DNA of 64,000 nt from Diadema antillarum (taxonomy: Eukaryota), in contig NW_027270963.1 of NCBI RefSeq assembly GCF_040938485.1, positions 2,232,001-2,296,000 of the forward strand, read 5' to 3'. Every line of letters starts with the position of its first letter. Position 1 is the first letter of the stretch. Both the position numbers and the translations under genes were made by a program. The notes beneath the pieces were generated by a model, which was not told the origin of the DNA, did no database searches, and saw nothing but the letters and a program-made list of their open reading frames with translations. Positions 14,280 through 28,294 of this stretch are shown one piece after another.

Positions 14280-17180
14280 GTAACGTATAATCACCAGAGA
14301 ATCTTAATCATTTCCTATCTTTCTTGACTGATAAGTGGTGTAAATGCAATGATCGTCATTGTTGTCTTGGGAGTGCATGACCGACAAAGTTGAGCCTTTA
14401 AGTAGTAAGTCAAAGATCCAAAGGATTGGATACTAATGGGGATAATATTCTTGTTCGTCGTAATTAAGATAATGATATGGATAAACACAAGAATACATTT
14501 TTACTAATCAGCAGAAAGAAATTCACTGATTGCAGATTTTTCCCCTAAAAGCTCCTAGTGGGATGAAAAGATTAAGTTTTCTAAATTGTTTTCCCAATAT
14601 CCGTGTCTATCTTTATTTTTAGCCTAATCATCCCCTTCAATAATGTTATACAGGTTTGAAAAGCGTTTACATAATGAGAACCTGATCTAATGTCGATAAA
14701 TAATAAAAAATTCTTGTGTTCTCTAAATTATGCATCAGAGGAACAAACACCATGATTATGTTTCATTTCGCAGCTCCATGCTGAGTGTTCAGAGTCAAAA
14801 TCCCAGACACTATTCTGCGTGGGATGACGTTAATTTCTTTGTCACTTCTATAGTACAGGCAGCTTTGTCTGCCGTCACTGGGATTTACGTCGACAGGAAG
14901 AATGTGTCACGTTTCATACAAACTCATCCATCATTTATGTGTTGCCCAAAAACCGACAACGTATCATTTTGACACTGCTAACGTAGCTTGACTCCTGGCC
15001 GTGTCTCCATAAGAGAAAAAGAATGCCCGTCTCCATCATTCCAGGCATAGTATCTGTTTCCTCCATACACAAAACTCAACAATGCACATGTTTTGTCCAT
15101 TGCGATATTTTGGTCCGATTATCAGTGATCGCCGGCCAACTTGAAAGTGAGTTTCTAGGCTGTACTTTTCGTTGCACTCAAAGCGCATTTCCAAGCCGTT
15201 TCAAAACACCTGTGAAACAAAATTCCACAATCCGCAATACATTAAGCTGACAAAAAGAAATAAAGTGATTAACTGAGATGTATTGAAGAAAAGTTACTTA
15301 AGCCGGGAACTGTCGTAAAAAGGAAGAAAACTGAGATGGGACCCAACTGAAAGTGATTGGTCAAGTTATTGTATGCCGCTGCTTTTAATAAACACAAAAG
15401 TTGATCTTGCTTTATAATATGTCATCAGGAGAGGGAAACTGGGCTGGTATCAACGAGAAACCGTTTCTTGCGAACGCAGTCATTAGAAGCAGGTAACAGC
15501 ATAGTAGACATACAGCATAATAGAGAATACCACCACTTGTAGTATAAAACAGCAACTACGCTATCAGCGTGGTTGATATCAGTGTTATTAAAGCTCGTGG
15601 CGCCTAATTGAGTCTAATTTGTGACAGCCCGCGCGATTTGACGAGATAATTTAGTGAATTCTGGCAGCATTAGCGGGGGAAAAAATGAGCATCCCCCTTT
15701 TTCTGTAACCCGACAACTGGACTGTCGGTATTATGGAAATGCATCCCACACACGCTTTATTGCAGTTAGCTATAGAATGACATAAGTTACCAGAATCCAT
15801 TAGGGTTCACCGAAAGGCATCATTTCTGACGCCTGCACTGAGAGCGATACATTTTAGACAACTCATTTTGCTTCAACAGTCTGTCACTAAAAAACAATGT
15901 ATACGATTAAAATCCTTCATTTACAACACAGGCGCGGTGAAAAGATATCGCTGTAAAGAGAAAGGGTGTGTATGTGCGCGCATGTTAGTGTATAATAATA
16001 TGTGTGTGTATTTCTTTGTTTGTCTGTTCTTTTTGTCAAGGTAGGCCTATCACATTAAATTTACGAGTGACAATATATTAATGCGATGGAGCTTTCGCCT
16101 CGAACTCGAGCGCTTCTCACCAAGTCACCGCTGATCTTATAGTCTTCATCACTGTTGCTGATCAACATTCCTGTCTTGCGACCCGCGACCGAGTTTGGCT
16201 CAGTTTCCATTTCTTCCTGATCAGCCCTCTGGCTCGTTTCTGACCCTCATCGAATTTCCTTTTATTTCTATCTCATTTCACCTCGCTTCGTTTCATCTCC
16301 CCCCGTTTCGAGAGCACACTTAGATGTCCCAAATGACACATCACAATATCCGCACACAAGAGCCATCAGTCCTGGGTAAAGAGAAACAAAGTTACGCAAG
16401 ATGGTGGTAGTTCTCCCGTTGCAGTTGGCTGCTCTCTATAGGAAAGGTCGCAGCAACAGAAAATGATGACGCATCTTTTGTCATGGGTGAATTTTAGACT
16501 GCACTACAAGTTCACGTTAAGGAAAAGGAGAGAGATATGATATGTCCCCTGAATCAGGCTTACGTATTTTGATGCAGATTTGCAAATTGAATGCCGAACA
16601 TGACCCATTAGTTGGTATGCCATCTACCGAAGATGAGTTGTGATCGGTCGAAAGGAAACGACTGAAATTGAAATGGGTATGCCTCCCGCTTGTACGACCG
16701 ACGACAATACCCTGATCTAAGAACGCATGTCAACAACCCAGACTATGGAAGCGTGATTCAACACGATGTCCAATGTAGATTTGATAAAAGAGTAAAAAGA
16801 AAGAGAATGATGGATGCGGCATCAAATAAGACAAAGAATGAGAAGTTATGGAATTCCGAGGTGTTACATATTCTCACGTCCTATCAGAATACTAAGTGAA
16901 TTTGGTCGCAGTCACATGTGCATGATAGCTGAGATGACGATGCCTTCAATTCGCACTTCTCAAGTTGGTTTGTGATCACAAATGTCGTAAAAATGATGTT
17001 TTTGTTCAATATTTTTCCAACTATACCATTCTTTTTCTACGTCACCTTTGTCCGATAATTATAACATGAATATAATTCATGTTAAGGATTCAACCGATTA
17101 TTACGACGCAAAGATAATCAACGTAAAGGATTCAATATTTTCTGTCTGATTGCATGTCAACAAAGAGGACATGTAATGAA

Positions 17181-17220
<40 letters not shown>

Positions 17221-17702
17221 TGTGTGTGTGTATGTGTACGTCAGTTTGAGTCTTATGAGATCATAAAGATACCTCAGCTTTTTTGTTCCCATGTTATTGC
17301 AACAGCATCACTATTCTATAGAAAATGTCAGGTTAGAGCTTCTTTAATTTTCTATTTTGAGGAGACTTCTACCAGTCTGTTTGTATGATTTTACCGAATA
17401 CGTTATAACGTTAGTTGGAACTTAGTGTCTAATTGCACTACACGACGCACCTAGGTATATAAAAAGAGACATCACGGTTTTTCAGCGTATTAAAGTAAGA
17501 TGTGCCGTGTCTGTTGACACGTCATTACATTATTGCTCCTTGGGAGCAGTTGATTTAATGTTGCCCTTCACCTGTATTGCAACTACACCAAGCTCTCTGG
17601 GGCAAGAGTAGTTTTCGCTTGTTATCAGTGCGCGCGCAGTGCATCCGCTTATAATAATGCATCTTCTGTTTTGGGTTGTTGTTTTTGTTTTTCTACATAA
17701 AG

Positions 17703-17823
17703 GAAAAAGCAGACTTGGGCGAAGTGATGTTCTCTCTCAACTACCTGCCCACCGCATGCAGACTTACCTTAACGGTCATCAAAGCCCGCAACCTGAAGGC
17801 TATGGATATCACTGGTGCCTCCG
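17703..17823 (+). CDS. SYT9-like: Synaptotagmin exon: start of C2B
   Basis: aag|GAA...TCC G|gtaagt. Encodes [40 protein letters not shown], the Syt9-class C2B N-terminus. Confidence 0.95.
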
Positions 17824-20640
17824 GTAAGTAATTCAGTTCGCCGCATGGACGGACGCCCAAGCGGCGTCGAGAGGCAATTCAGCGTCACAAATCGTTTCGC
17901 GCGCGCAGTTCACTGTATAACAACAACTGATGTGTACAATGACATTAAGGTAGTAGGATTTTTCCCCTCCACTTTTCTTTCTCTTCTGCGAGGGAAAACA
18001 GCTTGGATGCGATATGAACTGAAGTAAGAACATAAATTCGAGTTGGCATCGCAGTTTTCTGCGGTCTTGACTTCTGCCCCCAGCTCCTTCCCTCCAAACA
18101 AATGCCACATTGCTCAAGCCGTTAAGATATTGGATAGCATCGAGTTTTTGGCTTTCAAGAGGAAGAATATCGCCATGTTCAATTCGTGTGGTACACGCAA
18201 GACCGCACCCAAAAGTCCACTGATCAGCGACGAGTTGTAAATGTCTACAGACCCCTGGATCGAGAGATTAAATCACACCCAATGCATTTCCTTTCCTCCG
18301 GGCGATGGAAAAAAAAAGTGTTGTTTTATAGTTAAACAGTTCCATAGACAACGTGACAAACTGTTCGGCTGACTTTTCAAATAGCAGACACCCCTATGGG
18401 TCCCAAATCAAGACCACCATGCTGCCACTATTATTCCAGCTTAGGGGCATCACGAAGGGTAGTTGCGCAATGAACTCGATTCATGGCAAGTTCAAGAAGA
18501 AATCCGCGAGTTATTATCTACAGGATTTACAATCGCGTGACTGTGCGACGATTCTTATTTGAGAACACTGCTGGAATGCGTTCTTTGCCGCAGCTCAATG
18601 AATACAAAATTAGAGCGAAATGCAACCACATTTATTCGGGGACGAATCAAAATGCTGTAAGAACATTCAAGATTTATTCATATAACCCTACTCAGGAGTT
18701 ACAGGAGGGACATGTTGACAAAAGAACCAGGCGTTCCGTCTTGATTACAACAGAATTTGCACGTCTGTGATGCATGGGCGTACATGCTTCTGCTGATACC
18801 TATTATTGTGCAATGTATCTTTACGTCACAGGGCTCTGTTGTAAAGCAGGCCTTTCGGTCCTGAATCAGACTACCCTGTAAATTTTTAAAGAAGACCGAA
18901 TAATAGATGAACAAAGTAATCTCTTGGTCTTCATTATAATTGTACATGATACTTATAATGCACAATGTCTTGGTTAGCGAGTAGCTATCAAAAAATGCAG
19001 ATATTGAGAAATTTTACATCATCATATCGTTCCCAATCGATACTCTATTATTCCGTCCTAAAGACGATGGCCTATGTTAATTGTGAGACGGGCACCCTTG
19101 CCAAGGCGCACATTAAAGCGCATTTATCACATTCATACTATCTGGATGATACTCCGAATCAACAGCTGCATGGCTTGATGTGTAATCTAATTTTCAACTG
19201 GCTTTCATGCCCTCCAGCGAAACGTTTTCTCGCTTGTCGTTACTCTTTCGAAGTCTGCAAAGCCTGTCAAAACAATTCGACTCCCGTAATGTTTGTCTGT
19301 AAACATTTGTTTTCCATCTCGGAAGGGAGAAAGAGCAGCTATTTGCAGTTTGACATTCTTGATGTATCGACCTCGATCTTCAGCACTCCGGCAGTTCTCG
19401 AATGTGCCGAAATCTGCGCCGGAATTCAATCTCGTCGAATGGGTTATTGATCATTGGTAACACGCTCGTTCCACCCTCCGAACTGTACCTCCGACCTTTC
19501 CTGTACGGTTTGCTGTGATCGGAGGCGTTGTTGGCCACACGAAATGAAAATAACGCATCAGCGCTGACCTTTTTCGGCAGTGAATCCAATCAAACGGTTC
19601 GTAGGTCCTCGGAAAAAAACTGTCAAATTTATCCGAATAGTTCAGGCATCAAATGGAAGCTATTTCACACCAAGTCACGTTCTTGTTAACAATTTATCGT
19701 TTTTGTCGTGCCCTTTTTCGCATGGGTTTGTGTAATGGGCTTTTAGGTGGGCGGTGAAGCCATCCGACACCTTTTATTCGCACCATGACTACGTTTTTCT
19801 TAATTGTTTGCTTTAGTGTCGATGAAATTATTTTCTGAGACAAGAGACCTGTTTTTAAATCCGGATTATGTGTGGGTTGATATTAAAACTGCGCGCACAA
19901 GCAAATAAAAAGATATATGTAATATGAAAAATAGCGACGTGAATTGTTTGTTCCCTTTCGAAGAGTTCGATTTTTCCCTCGTCGACGTAGAATTGGGTCA
20001 AATTTCATCCCCCTAGCTCACTGCTATGCTAAAAGACACTCACTCTCATATGCACTCACTTTCAAATGCCCTCCCTCTTTTCTGTCACGTGACACCTTGA
20101 TGTAAATCAATTCAAGAACAAGACACTTCAGGTTAATGCACATTCGCTCGCAGAAGGTGATTTCATTTGTGTTCCACATTGTGCCAGAACGAGGAGAGAT
20201 GTGTCTTGAAATCTAGATGGCGTTTTCTCCGGGAAGAGGAGAACTTTAGATCTCAACAGACCGACTAAATTTCATTATGAATTCGATCTGCACTGACTAA
20301 AGGATATCAAAACCTTTGTGGCATACCCGGATCGATCAGATTAAAATTCACGATCGTTAAATGGGTGTACCGAAAAGCTAAAAAGCATATGTGTCTCGTG
20401 GTTTTTCGAGGTGTTTGAAAGGCAGAAAAAGTGGACAGTTTTTCTGTGCCACGCATGGTACGAATTGTCCCGTTTTTCATCGCGCTTCCGTTTGCGGTTT
20501 AATCGATTCTTCTCTTTTAGGTCAATTCTAGCCTCCATGTACTACTCTGAAATTTCAAAAGCGAACGTTCTCCTTGACTGGTTAGGGTTGTCACGCAACT
20601 CAGCTGACCTTGATATTTTTAAAGAAGAGATAGGTAAGAA

Positions 20641-20656
20641 GATAGATAGATAGATC

Positions 20657-20688
<32 letters not shown>

Positions 20689-20730
20689 CAAAGATAGATG
20701 GATAGGTATATTTCATGGAAAGATAGATAG
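20641..20730. repeat. (GATA)n microsatellite
   Basis: Direct reading. Confidence 0.9.
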
Positions 20731-21043
20731 ATGACAACAGGCTAACCGTCATGACTGTGGGCTCATCATTCAACAGTAGTTTCGCGCTTTAAATTTTTTT
20801 CCTTGTGTTCGAAGAGTGAAGACTGCTGGGAAGCAAAAAAAAAAAAGAAAAACCTCAAAAAACAAAAAGCAAAACAAAAAACAAAGCAAAACAACAACAA
20901 CAGCAATCATCAAGCTGTTCAGAAAGATTCATAATCATCATCTTTGACGCGACGATGATCGGAACGTCAAGACAGGTGAAATTGGTCTGCCTAATGCCCG
21001 AAGCAGTTTCTTCTCTCCCTCGATCTCTCCTTCTCTCCCCCTT

Positions 21044-21046
<3 letters not shown>

Positions 21047-21109
<63 letters not shown>
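21047..21109. repeat. (CT)n microsatellite
   Basis: Direct reading. Confidence 0.95.
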
Positions 21110-21117
<8 letters not shown>

Positions 21118-22630
21118 CTCTTCTCTATCTCATTCTTTTTTCAGGCGGAAAGGGGATACATTTTGAATTATTATGAATCTCTCCGCCATTCCGCGCAGAT
21201 GATTTGCCTCTGCATATGACCGGTGGTTACACTGCGAATTTCAATCGGTTCGGGCTCTTGGTCTATGTTGCTCAACTCCCGACGGAACACACTCATGTGG
21301 GATATGTCAATGATTGTCTTTCGTCCTGTTTTTCGTCTCACATGTCTTTGGGATACATACAAAAAACAAGAGGGAAAAAATCACCAACAAAGAAAAAAAG
21401 AGATGATTAAACACCGCCTTTCTTTCAGAGCGCGGGGTAGAATTGTAATGGGATGGTAATTGTATTGTAATGAGAATCGTGAAACAGATCACTTTGCAGC
21501 ATATGGAGACGCGTCCGCCTTTTCAAGATATCACCGGCAAAATATCAATGCCAAATTAACAAATAAGCAAGACTACAAGCATATGACTATTACTATAACA
21601 TGTAGGTGATGCAAGCGAGCCAAAAAACAACAACAACAAATCAAAACAAAACAAAACACACACGGGCGACTGCCTAACTTCCGCTCACGGCGCAGTAATG
21701 GAGTAACAAGTCGCTTCGATAGACACAGTATGCCACTTTGTGTGGGTGTTTGTGTTACTTGTTTATGCGTTTGTGCATATAATGTGCGTGTGTGTGTGTT
21801 GATGGATTTGTATGTGCGCATTGTAGGGTGTGCATGTCGGGTTATTTTATTTCCTTTGGAATATCGGTGTTTTCAAGATTCAGAAAGGGGATATTGCAAG
21901 ATTTGATATACAATTTCTCCACTATGTTTGTATGAAAATGAGATTCATAATCATTATATCCCATGCGTTTGGACAGAATTCATCTTGTAAATACTTTATT
22001 TTTCAATATCTGATGTTTTGTAATTATTAGTCTGTAAAGATTTGTATGAAATCCATACGCAAATATGTTCGTTTAGCATTTTGATGTTTTTGTGTTCTAA
22101 ATGATTCCCAATAAATCGTTAAAAAAACGTAGTTTTTCTTTGAAAAAAAAAGTATACCAAAGATATTGTAAGGGCATAACATTAGGATCTTATGAGACAC
22201 AAGAGCAAATATCATCTTATGATTTATAATTAACAACAGCTCAAAGAGGGAGAGATTTTCCGTGGTTTGTTAGCTCGTATATGTGTATGTAGTTATCAAA
22301 ATTCAAATTACAGAACATGCTAGATATTCATGCATGGTTGGCTTTACAATCGCATGGGAAAAACAAGAGAAAATATGTATTTATTCACAAGCATGGGATA
22401 TTTAGAATATCCTTCATGAAATAGTAACTGTTCGTACACCTATAGCACTCATTTGAGTTACAGCAAAGAGAAGGCGGAAACCAACAGAAGAAATTTAATG
22501 AGAATGTGCATGAATGATATGTGGCGAAAGCCCCCTACGGCGACTCAATAGAAGGATTCTTAGTTGTCAAAGAATATGTCATCTCCAAAGATTTTAATTT
22601 GAAATTTATCTCCCTCTCTTCACCGAACAG

Positions 22631-22802
22631 ATCCGTACGTCAAAGTATCGCTCATGTCGCAAGGAAAGCGGATGAAGAAGAAGAAAACGACGGTGAAAAA
22701 GAATACCTTGAATCCCGTCTACAATGAAGCAATGGTATTCGACGTCGCTCCCGACAGCATGCAAAACATATGCCTCGTCGTCGCCGTTGTCGACTACGAC
22801 TG
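22631..22802 (+). CDS. SYT9-like: Synaptotagmin exon: C2B core with polybasic stretch
   Basis: cag|AT...TG|gtgagt. Encodes [58 protein letters not shown]. Confidence 0.95.
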
Positions 22803-23152
22803 GTGAGTAAACTGATGACCCGAACGATAGCTATGATAGTAATAATGACGATAGTTATGGTAAACGTGGTTGTATTAGGACGAATTGTAGTGGTGATATA
22901 ATCATATTAATAACTTCAAAATAATGATTACGGTGACAATACTGATAAAACCAACAACAGTTATCATCAACAACATCATAGCCATGATAATAGTAGGCCT
23001 ACACATAATGATAACTTGAGCTCCTGATATAACCCCAGGTATGCCCCTCAGTGTAAACACTCTCCTCCCAATGCAATCCTTTTCTGTACACCGTCATCGC
23101 CAAGTAAATATTTTAAACACCTTTGCATCAATTGGGACAAGGTGGGTAAAAA

Positions 23153-23469
23153 TGGTTGCAGTTCGCTATTCCGAAGGTTCGTTAATCTGAAAATGATCTA
23201 AGGTTTGTTATTCCGAAGATTCGTTTATCCGAAATTGAAATACGGGCCGTTATACTGAGGGTTCGCTATTCCGAAGGTTCGTAATTCGTGTAATTCCGAA
23301 AATGATTTATTCCGAAGGTTCGTTAACCCGAAAATGAAATAAGGCTTGTTATTCCGAAGATTCGTTAATCCGAAAACGAAAAAAAGTTTCGTAATTCCGA
23401 AGGTTCGTTAGTATGCACCTCCTTTGCATTTTCGGATTAACGAACCTTCGGAATAACGAACATCACCCA
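23153..23469. mobile_element. Foldback-like MITE built from short tandem motifs, 7-bp target duplication
   Basis: About 35-bp TIR GTTCG(C/T)TATTCCGAAGGTTCGTTAATC(T/C)GAAAATG. About a dozen internal copies of the TTCCGAAGG/TCCGAAAA motif. GTAAAAA at both 23146-23152 and 23470-23476. Confidence 0.75.
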
Positions 23470-25704
23470 GTAAAAACACCTTAAACATGTGTCAGGATGT
23501 ACCCAGGCTCCCCTAATTCTGAGTCCAGATGCTCACCCACGACACCACAGTACTTCCACCTCAGTCATGAGATAAGGGGGAAACAAACGTCTAGATTATA
23601 TGCTTCAAGTTTACATTAATCCCATGTCAATTTTCCGCACCATTACAGTCCTGTGTTGGCTGGTGTATAGCGTCATCAACGTTTTGATTTGTGATACAGA
23701 CACACTCCTATAATGGTACCAGCATTATAGCATGGGATAGAAATCGTTGCACTGCAACGTTTCTATTATGTATTCTCGCTGCATTTATGATCTTAACTTG
23801 ATAGTTTATACAATGATGTTTTTTTTTAACGGAAACAGCCGAATAGGATATTAGATTCAGTAACTCCCACGTTCTTTTCCCTTGAGCTTCGTTTTCGAAA
23901 TCAATCTCTCTACGTCGCCTGTAGCTAAATTAACTCGTCGAACCTTTTGCAAAAGAAATCGTGTCGACGAAATTGTGGGTTGCTTTCATTTTTTTTTTCA
24001 TCCTCTTCCTCATTTCTACCTTCCTAATTAATTTCCTCCGCAAAAGTGACCCCAGTATATGATCAATCGACTAGGTGGACTAAACTGGACGTTATCAATC
24101 AGTCCGATAAGACCGACATACGATACACCCCAGGGAGACCGGTAAAATGGAGCAGGGGATGAGAGTATACCTTAATAATAGAAACCATCAGACTAAAAGC
24201 CCTGTAAAGCCGTCGTCGGTGTTCGTAAAGATGGATGTAGACATAAGAAAATAACGGGAGACCACAGCTCAGCACACCCGCAGGGGGAAACCCCGCCAGC
24301 TGAAATGCGAGCAGGAAATACCACTGACTACACAAAGTACATACCTTCAATTAGACAAATTGGTATACGAAAGTGACGCCGTCATTTCGAGTGAGAGAGA
24401 TATTATGAATTCAATGCAAACAACCAGAAGAAAGGCATACTGTTAGAGCAACCATTGTATAGTATCAGTCACGTGACACTGTAGCAGGCTAACAGAATAT
24501 GAAGTAATACTTGTCATGGATCGTAGAAATTCGCTTTCAGGAAAGAAGCCATATAAAGTGTATGAACTTTGAATTAAATCCTGCAGCTCTCAAATTTCAA
24601 CAGAAAAAAAAATGAATGTTGTTGTTGATTCCGGTAGAACGATGATATACTACAGTGTGTCAAAAAAAAACCATCGGATTTTTACGCTGATAACTTCTAA
24701 CATGATCAAACTTTCTGAATGCTATTTCAGGGTCTAAAAATATAACATCTTACCTACATTTTGCGGAAAACCCTATTCAATTTGGTTAAGTGGTCACAGA
24801 GAAATGTGAATCGTTGTGAAGCATGTCGTGGATGTGATTCTTCCAAGTTTAGCACTTGGATGCTCTTGGAACTACATATTAATGTGTGAACACAATGGAC
24901 AGAACTTGGAGGGAAGGGATTCCTGACATGCTCTAGAAAACTCCTCATTTCTCTTTGACCACTGAAGCAAATCGGATGAGGTTTTCAGTAAGATGTGGGT
25001 AATAAGTTATAGTTTCATACCCTGAACTTGTATTTGGATTTATTCCCTATTTTTAAAGTTATTATTGCGGAGGGCCCCGTTGTAATTGTTTTTTTGGCTT
25101 TTTTTTGGGGGGGGGGGACATACGGTGTATACTATCTAAGTCTTCACCCGATGACTGGTAATCGACCAATCAAAGGGACAGGTGGCTGCACACCAAAAAG
25201 ACTTGGTCCTATAGGAGTTTGATTGTAGTAAATACACAAGTGAATCGTGAATAATGACACGGGGACATTGTTATTATTGATTTGATACAACCACTGTCAT
25301 ATGTAGTCTGTTTATCTAGCACGTTTTCTTGTGACCAATTACCTCGAACGTCAATAGGATTCGATATCACACTGAATATTTATCGGCATTGTCTCGAAAT
25401 GATCACGTGAGTGCAATACTAATCATATTTTCGTCACACAGGTCGTCACAACTAATAGAGGTTAATTTCGCTGAGGCTCGGCGTAGGCTGTTTTGTCAAA
25501 GCGGCGTCCCGGTTGCTATGCAAAGATAATGCTTGTAGATTGTGATAGATAGACCAAACGACAAATAATGCGCCATGTGAGCGATAAAGACGAGACATTC
25601 CTGAATTTAACTATCAACTGAAGTAAGTAAACTGGTCTAGGTTGACAGATGTGACGATTTCAATAATCCAGATGTTATCGCTGCTGTTCTTCTCTCCCCT
25701 GCAG

Positions 25705-25915
25705 GGTCGGCCACAGCGAGCTGATCGGGGTCTGTGAGGTGGGACCCAACGCTCCAGCCCAGGGTTCAACGCACTGGGCAGACATGCTGGCCAACCCGCG
25801 CAAGCCCATCGCGCAGTGGTACCAACTCCAGGAGTCTACGCCAGCCCTCTCCGTGGCGTCACTGTCGGCAGGTCTCAAGAACTGCATGGGGTCCTCACAG
25901 CAGAGCGGCGATTGA
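25705..25915 (+). CDS. SYT9-like: Synaptotagmin last coding exon (end of C2B, stop)
   Basis: cccctgcag|G. Encodes [41 protein letters not shown] followed by a short tail; TGA at 25913-25915. Confidence 0.95.
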
Positions 25916-26527
25916 CGATGCCAACACGAGAATTTCGCCGATTTCCGTTGCCTCTAGGAGGTAGATAGATTAACTTTTGCTTGGCTTGAAACATTGGAGT
26001 CAGAAAACCAGCTACCGTCCAATCGTAGTTCCCATTACATTATGACCGCCTGCAGCAGCAATCATGACCTACAATAATTACAGTTTTCAGTTGTTACAGT
26101 TGGGCAATAACTAATCACCGAATGGCATTTTTGTCTTTTCTGCAGCAACTGTAATTATTATGACTTTTGACACTTTTGGGTCCTGAAAAACTGTCCATAA
26201 AGACTCATTATTGCAAAGGCAGCCCATGATGTTACAGTCACGATGGCAGTTGCTAGGCAACAAAAGTATCCTGCAAGCGGTGAAGTTTTCGAGGATGACA
26301 ACCAATATTGCTGAAACCCACATTTATTTCAGAGCTTATCATAAAATGGGGCTCAATGTGGGATTCCACATCATTTCCGCTCTCTAAATCTCCCATTTCC
26401 TAGTTCTTATTAAAGCTTTCACGTATTCATATGTGCTTATTAGCACACATGAAAATAATCCGGCGAAACACTTAGTAGGCTCCCTACTTACAACAAAATT
26501 TGGCGGGATTTTTTCCGGTTTCTCTCC

Positions 26528-26579
<52 letters not shown>

Positions 26580-28262
26580 AATACTCGTAAGAGGGATGAA
26601 GATTGATGACTGAAATCTCAGGATAGTATTCTAAGAGTTAGATTAATTCGCAGCGAAACGGAGTGATTTACAGTGACCTAAATTACAATCTTGATTCATA
26701 ATCTTTGGCTTTACATCCGACTCCCCTCATACATTAAAGATACCATGATATACAATGTATTAAGAAAAGTTACTCTATAAATGCGATATTTAAATTGAAT
26801 GTATGCCTCGACGCGGTCGTAACAATGCTTTGATGCTAAAACTCAAACATGAATCCTTTGCATTTTTGCTCGAGTAAACGCAATAACAATTCTTCTCTTT
26901 TTTTTCGTTCTTACAATGTGATTAAAGTTGTGCTGTATACGCATAATTTCTCTTGACAGAATTGATTACATGATATGATTATGACGCAGTATCAACATGG
27001 CTGAAAATGTGTCGGGACACGCGAAAATCTGTCTCCCTTGAATTGCCTTTCTATAAGAGCGTGTGGGCGAGTACGTTATTGACCATAATTGAATTATGGC
27101 TTCCACGGGGTGGCCACACAGCAGATAACTGCTGATGTTTATCAAACTCATTTCCAAGAAGAGCTTAGGTACACTAAAATCAACTATATCTCGTACCACA
27201 GTACATATCCCATAAACCACCATTCAAAGTTTCAAATTGCACTACAAATGCCCCATGGTATTTTTTTATACGATAATTTTACGATAATTTGTTTGAAGTG
27301 ATTTTCTTAAGATAAAAGATAAAGCGCGCACTAAAGGCTTAAGTCCATATAGGCCCACTGGATCCCCTCCCCCCTCAAAACAAAAAGAAGAAGATAGAAC
27401 ATTTTCAACAGAAACTAGGACACCAAACTGACGTACGAAACGTAATGCGACACGTAAAATATCTTCAAACACACTGTCCTGAAAGGGCCAATTATTAGTC
27501 GCAATCAATGTAAACCCCAACAAATCAGTTGGTAAGACGTTTTTATTTATGTCATCTCAATAGAATGAAGCGTTACGTAGTATGTGTAGCGTCGTGTCAT
27601 GAACAGAACATGTGCACAATGCTCCATGATCATTATTTCAGAGCTCATACTGTAAGAGCGAACTGAATATAAACAAGATGAATGGTATAGGTTCAATATG
27701 ATAATCAACAGCAATACCACATTACATATTATTGCAAGCTACCAGTTTGCATTTTTTTTTCTGTGCCTCATTAGTTTCCTCTGATTCTAGTGAATATTGA
27801 GTAAATACCCGCTGTCATGTTTGTTTTCTTGCACCATTTTATCTTCACAGACATCCGGTGACGAAATTGGTGGATTTTTCTGCACTTGAAGCACTTCACT
27901 TCTGACGATTGTGGCTGTAAGTGGCGTTACGCACTTCTTATCTCTGAGCGTTCCCACCCATGGTTAAAGGCATGGGATATGACGATGGACGAGAAAGACT
28001 CTTGTGTAGTGACGTCATCATTACGATTTTAGCGCGTTCATTTGTTATCACTTCATATGAGTGGCGGGAGACTGGTATTCGTGCACGCTTCACGAAAGCA
28101 CAGAACGATCGGCCTTGTTTCGTTCGTTCGTTCGTTCGTTCCTTGTGTATTTCTGACTGTTTCCGCATCGGAAAACAAACGGAACTTCTGGGGATGTTCA
28201 CGGCTCAGCGTATGTAGAGTAGAGTTATGACAGCACTGAGGTAGACATTCATGGCGGCACGT

Positions 28263-28294
<32 letters not shown>

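Noticed and set aside
19379-19399. REST/NRSE-like sequence TTCAGCACTCCGGCAG in a neuronal gene intron
   Set aside because: It needs a deletion and mismatches to fit the consensus, and REST regulation is not established for the likely host lineage.
18965-19450. 161-aa ORF in the synaptotagmin intron
   Set aside because: No recognisable domain, no convincing splice context, and composition typical of random intronic ORFs.
23161-23461. Regularly repeated motif that superficially resembles a CRISPR array
   Set aside because: No unique spacers of constant length, the repeats are degenerate and end in an inverted copy with a TSD, and the context is a eukaryotic intron.
24651-24820. TA-CAGTGTGTCAAAAAA Tc1/mariner-like terminus
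   Set aside because: No matching opposite terminus found in the window, so boundaries cannot be supported.
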